From Takakia lepidozioides (Eukaryota; Plantae; Bryophyta): a DNA stretch of 64,000 nt. The position numbers were made by a program, and so were the translations under genes. Positions 1 through 10,946 of the stretch are shown piece by piece. The notes under the pieces are model-generated. The model made no database searches and was not told where the DNA came from. It saw nothing but the letters and a program-made list of their open reading frames with translations. The stretch is taken from assembly GCA_030704615.1 (NCBI GenBank), contig CM060731.1, forward strand, positions 54,064,001-54,128,000, written 5' to 3'. The stretch's first letter is position 1. The number at the start of each line of letters is the position of its first letter.

Positions 1-1587
1 CGCAAGAGCTAGGATTCTTTGGGGAACTGTGATTTTGGGCTGCTATCGATGGATTAGGATTTGTGGTCAATTGACCATCAGGGAGTCTTTGACTGTGTAT
101 GGTTAGTTTATTTGATCTGGTCAAATTTGCAGGCCCCCTTCATTTTCAGTTCTTATTGAAAGAATCCAGGGTCTGACATACAGTTGGTCGGGCAATCAGT
201 ACCATCTTTTCCTTCAGTACTTTGGCATTAGTCAACTTGGTTGATGTAGATGCGGTTGGGCTGGATCAATATGGATGGGCATCTTGCATTGCCTTTGATT
301 TTGTAAGGATCCCTTACCAGTGATCCGTCATAGACGATATATCCATTGGCTTACCAGTAGATCTCTAATTAGTGCTAGCGCGCGCTTGTGTTCACATGTG
401 CACCATCATGGTAGTGGCTATGGTAGAGCAAGTTAGGAAACGCAGAGTCAAACTCTTCCAAGGCAACTCCTGGGACCCATGTGAGATCACATGAAATGTA
501 AGAACAAAGATGTACCAGTGTTATCATATAAGCTGAAAGTTACATATAACTCAAGAGCCTGCAAACAGCAGGCTTTGGTCTTCTACCCAACAAAGGAGAC
601 CTACTTGTCCACTTTTGGACCTGTGCCCTGATTGGGGTGTAATTCTCAAGGACAGATGAAAACTGCTTTGCATTACAGAAACTCCCAACCGGCTTCGACA
701 AGAGAAGAGGCAAAAGCACTACAATAGAGATCTCTGTTTGACCCAGTTGATGTTGCTATCACTCCTTCACAGTGGCAACCAGCACCTCAGTTGCTGACAT
801 CTAACTTACAGTGCAGGCTTCTTCAGTCTGTAAGAAGTGCCTGCCCTCCCCTTACTCTGGGTCAGCCCTGATTTGTAGGTGCTGAGTTAGCAGGTCTTCT
901 TCAAAACCAAAACATGGGTAGGGCTGTGTCCAAGTATGCCAGGTACTAGTACATGGAGTAGGCATCCTGATTTGCAGGTCTATCTCCAAGAGAGCTCCGT
1001 CTTTGAGGAGCTGGGCCAGTGTCACCTTGGGATCATTCTTTGAGTAGCACGATCACTTTATCATCTTGCAATGTTTTAGTAGTTGATGTTCCTCTCCTGC
1101 AGGCAATTCAGGTTACGGCTGCTCCAGATGTTGGTGTTTGCAGAAGTGTAGAATTGAATTCCATGTTCTAGTCCAGAGCTTCTGACTACAGGAGTTGTAG
1201 TGTTCCCAAGGGAGGACATATGAAGCAGGCACTGAAGGTTTATCTCGAAGGTAGAGATGGCAAGTAAATGTGCAGTCCTGTGATGCCCTTAGAGTGTGGA
1301 TGTGTAGAGCCTTGCATGCCCTTAAGAAACCAACTTCTTCCACAATGAGAACTCTTGAAATTTTGGGCGGGTGAGGTAGGGGCCAGGTAAGCATCAGTTT
1401 TCGTTGATGAATGTTGGGAAATTTGTTGGTGGATTTCATTTAAGAAATTTGAGCGAATAGAAAAGTAAATTCAAAAATATTAGGTTACGAAGGTCGGGTG
1501 AGAATGTGCGAGAGGAGGAGTGGAGAAGGAGAAGGGCAACGAGGAAGGAAGGGGCGATCGCTGCAAGGTGGTGAATGATTCCCTTCG

Positions 1588-3495
1588 ATGGAGTCCGCTG
1601 ATGCTGAAGCTGTGGCGTGCACAGATGGGGCAGCTGGGGAGGCCGAGGTTAAAGAGACCCGCTCTGAGATGCTTTCTCGCCATTCGTGAGCATTTCTCTC
1701 TTTCCACCTCTCTGCCTCATTGGGTAGTTTTCCAGGGTTAAGTTTGGTGTGCTTTGGAGCACAAGAGATGGGTTTCTCAGGAAGTAAATAGAAGGGAAAC
1801 ACTGCAGACAGTGGATGTTAGAGACGAAACCTGGTTTGTGTGATTTGTGTGTGGGTGGGTACGTGGCCACAAATTGGTATCAACGATGAATATAGGTAGA
1901 AGAATGGACTTATTAGACAATGCTAGCAGTGATTTGTAGTTCCAACAGTGCAGAAGTATGAACGAGTTGGTGACATGGTTGCACTTCAACAATTTTTCCT
2001 GGTGGTGGTGGGGTTAACTCCGTGTAGGAAAGAGATCAAAGATTTGCAAGGCAAGGAAATAGCACTGAAGAAAGCGGCCGCCAAGGGCAGCAAGGCCGAG
2101 CAAAAAGCAAAGAAAAAACTCGCTGAAGAGGAGGTAACATAGCATTTCCAGTAAAGATTTAACATTCCGTGGTCCGGTGCATTGTATCTACGAACCAGTC
2201 GCTTTGCTTCTACGAGATACTGTCCTATGCATTTTGGAGGTTTCCATAGGCCTAAAGACTGGTTGGAATAGGCCACTGTCATTAGCACTTACACATAATC
2301 CATCTTTGAGCCACTGCCCCTAGTCCTATGCAACAGTAACTTAACTGCTTAACCCAACTACCATGACCAAACTCCTGATACATCACCCTTGTGGAAATGG
2401 TTTCAGATTTCCAGATTGGATGCAAAGATGCGGGCACAACATGCCAGGGAACTTGCTTCTCTGGGATTCCAGGCCGAAGAAAGCAAGGATACAAAGGGGA
2501 TTGACACTTTGGTCAAGGCAATTGCGGGGGTCACCACATCAGGAGCCATCCAACAGGCCAAGCCATCCAAAGGTCAGAAGTGGCGTGATCGACGGGCACA
2601 GCAAGCTGCTGAGCGGGAACAGAGAATTCAAGAAGAGCAGAATAATGTGGTCAGTGAGCGGGCAGTGGAGGACCAACAGTTAGAGCGGAAGCTTCGCCCA
2701 CTGGGTTTCTCTCTCAAGGAGATGAAGCCTGATGGACATTGTCTGTACCGGGCAGTCGAGGACCAGTTGTCACAGTACCCAGATTTCTGCCCCCAGTATT
2801 CGTACCAGCAGCTTCGGTTGCTGGCAGCCACTTACATGCGTGCTCATGCTGATGATTTCCTGCCTTTCATCAGCACAGATAGTGACGGTGAAGTTTCTGG
2901 AGAAGATTTGCAGTCAAAATTTGAGACTTACTGCAGGTAATCACATATTTTCCTTTGGGGTGCTTTTGCTTGAGAGGCCAGCACTTTCGAATGTTGCCTG
3001 CAGTTTGAAAGTAGACGGTTCTTTTTGGGGCAATTATGATTCATGAATTGTCTGACTCCTTTAGATCTCTTAATAATAAATCTATCGAATAAACCACTAT
3101 GCAAGTTGGAAGCTGTGTCCAGTGCATACAATGTCCCTTCTAGCTCCACTGATCTGATTGTCTATCACCTGGGTTGTGTTAATTTGCCAGCCATTTCAGT
3201 TTTTCTCTCATACAAGAATAATTGCTGCAGAGAGGTGGAGTCAACAGCATCATGGGGAGGGCAGCTTGAATTGGGAGCGCTGGCCCAGGCTCTGAAGAAG
3301 CACATCATTGTTTATGCAGCAAATTTACCTGACGTAGAAATGGGCAAGGAATATACAAGTAAATCTAAGGAGGCTGGGTTGTTAGCGGTACCAAGCATCC
3401 GTGTCTCGTATCACCGACATGCATTTGGTTTGGGGGAGCACTACAATTCCGTGATTCCCTTGCCATCTCCCGGTCTGTTGCCAGACACTCTTTGA
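1588..3495 (+). CDS. OTU-domain deubiquitinase (OTUD6/Arabidopsis OTU5-like), 4 exons
   Basis: Exons 1588-1685, 2028-2133, 2407-2936 and 3231-3495 are joined by GT-AG introns in frame. Translation: MESAD...[41 protein letters not shown]...[11 protein letters not shown] (catalytic Cys)...[10 protein letters not shown]...[16 protein letters not shown] (catalytic His). Confidence 0.9.
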
Positions 3496-4385
3496 ATGGA
3501 TCCCTTTCCTGATGCAGGAAGCTTATCTGCTGATGTTTTTGTGAGAGTCTAGGTCTAGTTCACTCTTTAGCCCCCTTAAGCTTGCTGGAAGAAGCCAAGG
3601 TCATCTTTGGGGTTGTGTCAAACATGGCCCTTGGTCTTAAGGCTTCCCAATGTGCAGGCGCTTGACCTAGCCAACTTGATTAGGATTGTATTTTATCGCC
3701 AGTGAAAATTGAGATGGTAAGTTGAAGATGAGAGTATGACCATTTTGTTGGGAATCATGTTTCTGCATATTCTAGTGACCAGGACTGGGATCTGCTGGAC
3801 AGTCTTCAAACTCACCGAGAGGTCCCAGCACTGCTCCTTATACTACTAGACATGGAGCTCAGAAGCATTTGTAATCCAGTTGCTTATTGGACTATCAGTG
3901 CTTTGTCCCTGCTCCACCTTGCTAACCCTTCTCTCTGCCCTTCCCCCTGCTTCCTATGTGTGCTGCTAACACAGTCCCATATGGGTCAAAATCTCCCAGA
4001 TAGTGTAAGGATTGTATCATAGAAACAATACTGCCTGGAAATCCTTTAATTGAACAGCTACAATATGTATGGATTTTCCCCTTTGAGGCTTCAACTAACC
4101 TGTATGGCTTGGCCATCTGGGAAAATCTGAGTATATCCTACAAGTCATAAAGGGAAGCTGAAGAATTGTTCAACTGGACCTTTGTCAGTTATGAACCATG
4201 CGCGCAATGGGCATTTTTGTGGGGACTAGCACAAGTCACCTGGCATAAGCAATTACAAAACAGTAATTTTACCAAATGTATGAAAATGTTCAGTTCTTAC
4301 ATTTCAAGTGATCTCACATGGGTCTCACATACAGGAGTTGTCTTGGAAGCGTTTGACTCTGCGTTTCATAACTTGCTCTACCACA

Positions 4386-4744
4386 CACTACGATGATGGT
4401 GCAAATGTGAACACAAGCGCACGGTAGCACTAATTAGAGATCTACTGGTAAGCCAATGGATTTCATCGTCTATGACAGATCACATGTAAGGGATCTTTAC
4501 AAAATCAAACGCAATGCAACATTGATCCAGCCCAACCGCATCTACTTACATCAACCAAGTTGACTAATGCCAAAGTACTGAAGGAAAAGATGGTACTGGT
4601 TGCCCGACCAACTGTATGTCAGACCCTGGATTCTTCCAATAAGAACTGAAAATGAAGGGGGCCTGCAAATTTGACCAGATCAAATAAACTAACCATACAC
4701 ATTGGAAGACTCCCTGATGGTCAATTGACCACAAATCCTAATCC
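4386..4744 (-). repeat. Inverted duplicate of window 51-416
   Basis: The reverse complement aligns by eye over about 360 bp at high identity (e.g. gtcaattgaccacaaatcctaatcc versus ggattaggatttgtggtcaattgac). Confidence 0.9.
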
Positions 4745-4756
4745 TAATCCTAATCC

Positions 4757-5875
4757 TCTCCTCTGGCATTGAAACTGCTCTAGCAGTTATTGAGAATTGG
4801 GAGACTCAATCTGTTCTGATCTTATTCTGGCTGGCATGACATCTAATGCAATTGTGCCTGGTGAGGCTGTGAGTCTGGAGAGTCACGAGCCAAATCAGTA
4901 ATGTCACGACTGATGGCCACTTTGTTATTATCTACGGTGCTGAGAATTTTCCACGCAGTTGCTTATGGAAAGTCTTAGAGAAAGGGAGGGCAATGATTTT
5001 CTGGCATGCAGATACCATACTGCATCAGCTTAAACTGGAGTGCAGATGGAAGCACACTCTACAGTGGGTACACCGATGGCAATATCAGAGTGTGGGGAGT
5101 GGGACGTGCATGAGAGGCTTTCCTTCTCGGCAGGGAAACTTTAGTTGTTGCTTTGAATAGCAGCTCATTTTTCGAGGTGTTGTCTAGCCTGTGAGAGGGA
5201 AGGAGAAAGGCTGAGAAGAATGGCAGTTGGGCACAATTTTGCCGAGACAATGGAAGCTTGATTGTGGAACTCATGTCATACTCTGTCATTCTAGACATGT
5301 GTGAGGATCTCTCCAAAGGCCAGTCTCTTGAGTATGCAGCCTTTCACATTTGTTGTGAGATATTTCTTAGCTTGAAAGAGAATTGCATGGAGGGCACCTC
5401 ATTTGAGTGAATGATAAGATTGTTTGGTGGAAGTCTTGGATGAAAAAGTTTTCAACCTAAAGAGGCCAAGTGTTATTGCCTTGAAGCCTGTGCACCTTCT
5501 TTGAATGCCTCCCAAGGCAGCAAACTCTAATGCTGTCCACGGGCACAGATGTTCCAGGGGGCGAAAGAAAGATAATACTCAGAGAAGATAATCTTGGCAT
5601 TGGGAGAGGTCTCCAGACCAGTGGATCTTGTTCTGCAATTGAGGCCCTCCCCAGAGCATTGACAATGGCCGCAGCATTTGGGCTGTGGACCAACGCACAA
5701 GGATGTTCAAGGTCAAAGCTTTAATCAGGAAAGCTGCTCATGTACTGTGAAGATGGATCATTCTTGGTTTGAAGTAGTGGAGAATAGGTGAGTTTGCCTC
5801 GCATGCTCCAGTAGCACACTCTCTGCCTCTTGACTGTCAAATCACCTACATAAGCATTGCAGTCACCTGGTCTTG
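4757..5875 (+). pseudogene. Inverted duplicate of the RACK1 3' region (intron part, last exon at 5012-5113, 3' UTR and flank)
   Basis: 4757-5715 matches the reverse complement of about 20205-21157, and 5710-5875 matches that of about 17990-18160. It contains gcag|[33 protein letters not shown] but no RACK1 exon 1. Confidence 0.9.
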
Positions 5876-6062
5876 ACCTGAACCAAGTATACATCTATCT
5901 CCTCAAGGGCAGGATGTAACGTAAATCGAAGCTGGTGTGGAAACTCTTGAGTAGAAGAATTTACGAATGTTGTCAATGATGTGAACATTTGACATTTCTT
6001 CAAGAGCCCCAGCTCCTCTCATTTCTCAATATGTGGACGCGCGCCAGCTCATATGTCAAACT

Positions 6063-6736
6063 GTACTAGTACATGGAGTAGGCATTCTGGTTTGCAGGTC
6101 TATCTCCAAGAGAGCTCCGTCTTTGAAGAGTTGTTGTTGTTGCCAGGGGGCCAGTGTCACCGTGGGATCATTCTTTGAGATGCAAACGACAATGTTTTAG
6201 TAGTTGATGTTTCTCTCCTGCAGACAATTCAGGTTATGGCTGCTCCAGATGTTGGTGTTTGCAGAGGTGTAGAATTGAGTTCCATGTTTTAGATTCCAAA
6301 GCTTCGATTGACTACATGAGTTATAGTGTTCCCAAGGGAGGACATATATAGCAGGCACGGAAGGTTTATCATCAAGGTAGAGATGGCAAAGTAAATGAGC
6401 AGTCCTGTGATCCTAGTGCATACAATGTCCCTTCTAGCTGTGACTGATCTGATTGTCTATCACCTGGGTTGTGTTAATTTTCCAGCCATTTCAGTTTTTC
6501 TCTCATACAAGAATAATTGTTGCAGAGAGGTGGAGTCAACAACATCATGGGGAGGGCAGCTTGAATTGGGAGCACTGGCCCAGGCTCTAAAGAAGCACAT
6601 CATTGTTTATGCAGCAAATTTACCTGACGTAGAAATGGGCAAGGAATATACAAGTAAACCTAAGAAGGCTGGGTTGTTAGGGGTACCAAGCATCCGTGTC
6701 TCGTATCACCGACATGCATTTGGTTTTGGGGGATGA
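6063..6736 (+). pseudogene. Chimeric direct duplicate: copy of 943-1284 fused to a copy of OTU intron 3/exon 4 (about 3118-3434)
   Basis: 6063-6411 matches 943-1284 and 6412-6731 matches 3118-3434. The exon copy 6526-6736 keeps its acceptor and ends RHAFGFGG*, before the EHYNS motif. Confidence 0.88.
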
Positions 6737-7744
6737 CGTGGCAGAGATAACAGTTTTTTTTCTTTTTTAGAAAAAATTCGGGTAGTACGGGCAACTTAAG
6801 GAAATGATGGGGATGACGTGGCTGATGATGACATGGCATGGCACTATATATTATGCACTCCATCCCTGCTCTACACTAAAACTAGTCTCCGACCTTCAGT
6901 CATCACTAGAATAAAACTAAACTAACAAAGATTCTTGCCGAATTAGCATGCGTAACATATGGTGTCTTCACCCCCAAGGGCTGCTACTTTCCGTTTGGAA
7001 GGTGGAGACCTTCTAAAGGCTGTAACCAAGACAATGCAGCTGCCCAACCCTCCTATCCAGTACCCATATTTACGTAATTGGTTGACCATTCTTACCCTAA
7101 GGACAATCCCTCTAAAAAACCCCTTACCATCACCAAACACACACTTGCATTCACACATTGCACTGCACCTACTAACCTAATACACATACTAGTAACCACA
7201 TTTCACCTCACCCATTCGGCCTATTACTCCAGCCCATTACCTTGCCACATGAACCTACACACACATTCAAGCCCACATCCTCCCCACATCCCAAAGACAA
7301 CATCTTTGACGTAACATGACACGCTATTCAATACACCTGGTCCGGCCACGGCCTTGCTCTCCCCCCAGCCAGATAGCAACCACGAAGCACTACAATGTGC
7401 TTGCATATAGATGCAAACCCTTGTCACACTCATACTTTTGCATCCCATAATACACCTTGTCCCCTCTAAGCCCTCCCCCCCCACCCCCCCTGCAACTTTT
7501 TCACCCAACTCAACCAGATACTAACCCACATTCATAATATGAATGACAGTACCATCTACACATCCCATGTGACAAGAACCTCACATTTCAATTCGCTACA
7601 GAGCTATATACTAACACCGAACTTAATTCCAATCCAAACTCGAAACCAAACAAATCCAAAATAAAATATCCCTATGATATATTATTCCACGCCTACCACC
7701 GACCTAGATGAAGATAATAACAAAATATTTGCATATCAGTTGGC

Positions 7745-7960
7745 AGCTCATCGGCTGGTAGCTCAGCTGGTAAGTGCACAATATGTCGCCCTGGTGATCC
7801 AGGGTTCGAACTCGCTGCCCTGCGTGGTGTGTGGATTGTTTGTGACCGGGTGGTCTGGTGGTGATGTTTCCCTCCTATGGCTTTCTGACAGGGGGATACT
7901 TCCCCTCCTCAAGGGCCTGAATTGTGAGCAGCCGCTCCCAGGTTTCCTTTAAAAAATAAA
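7745..7960 (+). mobile_element. tRNA-derived SINE
   Basis: Pol III A box TAGCTCAGCTGG (7759-7770), B box GGTTCGAACTC (7803-7813), A-rich tail (7948-7960) and a possible short TSD ATCAG. A related 3' end occurs at about 17370-17435. Confidence 0.7.
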
Positions 7961-10006
7961 ATCAGATTTACTCTTAATATGATTAATGATTAATGCGAGC
8001 ATATAGTTGTTGGATAGATTCTCCATTGTCAAGTGCGAGGTATGCGCATAGGGAGAGAGTAATTCAAACAGTTCACAATATGTGCAAGAGACAAGAAAAA
8101 AGACAAAAATAAATCTGTATTGACGCTACACCGTATGTATCGACGATTGAAAAGCGCCATTGTCAAATTGTTTTTTTTTAATAGATGACCGGTTCCTATC
8201 ATATGAGACATTGGAGACAACTATGAAAAATATTCACATTGGTTTAATGCATGAAAATTTCGGTCTGCTGATCACCAACTACCAACACCTATTACTTTAT
8301 AAATGATAACTTGGAGTGTGCATAACTTTAACCTTCAGGTACTCTTTATTTACAATACAAAAGTTCTGTTATTTGTTTGAATAGATTTTGACAAATAGCT
8401 AAAAAATGGAGATATATAAACATAGTTGTTCAATCTTGTTTCATCACACATACTCAACAGTTGCATTCAATGTATTAATTGGCCGTATCCATGATCAAAG
8501 TTTCAAATTTGTCCTTAGATCTAGATGCTTCACATGTCTAGCTTTCGTGAAGATTGGCAAAATTGCATACCCGCTCCGCATGAACTAGATAATCTCAGCG
8601 CTCTTGTTAGCCCAAATTTTCAGGACAAGCTCACAATGGAATTTGCATGTGATGTTGTCTTGGTTGACCTAAATAAACCCGCAGGATTATTGTGGCACAC
8701 TGGTACTAAGGGTACAGGCCCCAACTCTACCTCACGCAACAAAATGATGGAAATTTGATGGTCTACAATGGAGATGGTAATGCTGTTTGGGCTGCAAATA
8801 CAGTGGACGCTGGAGATTGTGAAGGAGACTATATACTAAACTTACAAGATGACGGAAATTTGGTCATATATTGCATCCCTCGCGCAAATCAAAATTGGAA
8901 TGCTTTTTAGATGCAGGTGCATTGATATGAAAATTATTCCTTTTCATACTTGAGAGTTTAAGAATTTCAAAGTATATGAAGGTTGGAATTGGTGAATTGA
9001 CTCGAGTGCTTGTACCAGATTGCAATTGTTCCATGAATTGCTCGGCTAATCGAATATATAGATGTATTCCATGATGTATATTGACGGTTTGCATATAAAA
9101 CTTTGAACATGTGGATCGAGGAATAGCAAAAGAATCTACACTTTGATATGGTTAATGCTGCATTTGCATCACACTAGTGACGAAATGTGCATGTCTACAT
9201 GGTTTAACTATAGTGATATGTTATGCTATATGATATCTTACAAAAATCCATTTCCATTCACATGAACTATAATTCTCATGGAGAAATGACGATCATCATG
9301 CACTCATCACAATGCATATATACCTCTATACTCTTCAACTCGAGGATAATATGTCTTACCCACGATCGACTTCATCTCATGCAACATGTCGACTTCTGCT
9401 GCTGCCATGAAGTTGTTTTTGGGCCCTATTTGTTTCAATGTAGTAGGCATGTTAAATTGTTTTCTGTATATTAAAATGTTACATTTTTGGCATTTCTAGC
9501 AAGCTAAAGTCTTCCAATGACACCACAAGCAGGACCATTTTGTACCATTTTGTACAATAAGTTGCTAAGGTCATTGAACTGTTATGTAGTATGCATGCAA
9601 CCACACTCTCAGGCCTAGTAGCATCTATGACTAAATGTGACATGTGGCTAATCTAGTGGCTGGGCTAAATCAGGTGCTCGACTTTACATGTCTCAAGGAA
9701 CACTGGAAAATCATACCAGAACATGTCATATTCATGGCACATGTGGCACACATTGGCATTGTCCACAGTTAGGTGCACGACCATATGGGTTGTGAAACAT
9801 TGCCTCCCACACCACATAACCCACGGTGTAATGGCTCACTGGAAAATTTAACAAAACAATGTGTGAGCTTCTAGAGAAGAATTGGTGGCACTTTGACAGG
9901 AGTAGGATGTCTACATTAATCTTTGCATATTGGACTTATGTGCTTCAAAGCACCAAGGTTGCATTGCTGTATGGCAGGAAAAGCCGCACTCCTTTGAAGG
10001 TGCGGA
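7961..10006 (+). repeat. Direct segmental duplicate of about 13492-17982 (lectin locus), lacking the insertions present in that copy
   Basis: Collinear blocks: 7961-9250 with 13492/14294-15700, 9270-9450 with 16025-16200, and 9465-10006 with 17460-17982. Confidence 0.9.
8491..8910 (+). pseudogene. GNA/bulb-type lectin pseudogene
   Basis: Homologous to 14838-15323 (ELDNLSALVSPN, LTMEFACDVVL, LQDDGNLVIYC) but broken by deletions, frameshifts and 3' truncation. Confidence 0.88.
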
Positions 10007-10360
10007 ACAAAACATCTTGCCTGCAATCTTTTTCACAATACACAGAAGCCCTACCGGCTTTTTGTCCCCACGCAATGATACATGAGCCTTGTCCTTGGTT
10101 TTCGATCATCGCTGTGCAGATGGCAGTTTTTGCCAGATGAGAATTCTATTGGGGACATTTGGACGAGACTGAGTCGGGCAGGACTGGCACACCGCTAGTC
10201 AATGCCATGTAAGATATTGTTAGTCAAATTCTTTGTTTGATATTGGATTCCCAAATAAATAAAGAACGGTTTCAGTGAGTTGTATTGGTGTCAATTCCGA
10301 CTGTAGTAAATCGTTAAAAATTGCCTCTCTCTCCTCCCCTGATGGGACTACTTCCTCAGC

Positions 10361-10779
10361 CCCAGGGTTTTGGTTTTGCAGAAGACCTGCTAACTCAGCA
10401 CCTACAAATCAGGTCTGACCTAGAGTAACGGGAAGACAGACACTTCTTGAATATTGAAGAAGCCTGAGTGTAGTTGTCAGCAAGTGAGGTGCTCGTTGTC
10501 ATTGTGAAGAAGTGATAGCAACCATGGCATCTGACATCAGTTGGGTCAAACAAAGATCTCTATTGTAGTGTTGTTGGCTTTCACTTATTGAAGACGATTG
10601 TTGAGTTCTTGTAATGCATAGCAGTTTTCATCAAATTACACCCAAGCAAGCCACCGGTCCAAAAGTGGGCCTTTTCACAATTAGGTCTCCTTTGTTGGGT
10701 AAAAGACCAAAGTCTGATGTTTACAGACTCTTGAGTTATATGTAACTTTAAGCTTATACGAAAAACCTGGTATATCTCT
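10361..10779 (-). repeat. Inverted duplicate of window about 507-918
   Basis: The reverse complement aligns (gaagacctgctaactcagcacctacaaatcagg; ggtctcctttgttgggta; cttgagttatatgtaacttt). Confidence 0.85.
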
Positions 10780-10946
10780 GACGTGGTGTGGCAGATGAGA
10801 AAACAACAATACTACATAGGATATTAGAACTAGGCATTTAGATGGAGAATAGCATTTGAATGGTCAAGCTAACATGCTTGTGCCATCAAAACAAGTCAAA
10901 TGAAGTAAAACAAATGCATGGAATACGTGTAATCCTTGTGTGTGTG

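Noticed and set aside
1113-1992. Multiple short overlapping ORFs from the ORF track
   Set aside because: Off-frame or antisense to OTU exon 1 and its promoter/intron; most 60-120-aa ORFs in the track are similar chance ORFs.
6729-6890. Helitron end explaining the captured fragments (GATGACGTGGC x2, CTAGT)
   Set aside because: No GC-rich hairpin before the CTAG and no matching 5' end; the tandem-duplication model explains the fragments better.
7750-7825. Functional tRNA gene
   Set aside because: A and B boxes are present but there is no convincing acceptor or anticodon stem, and it continues into a body and A tail, so it was called a SINE.
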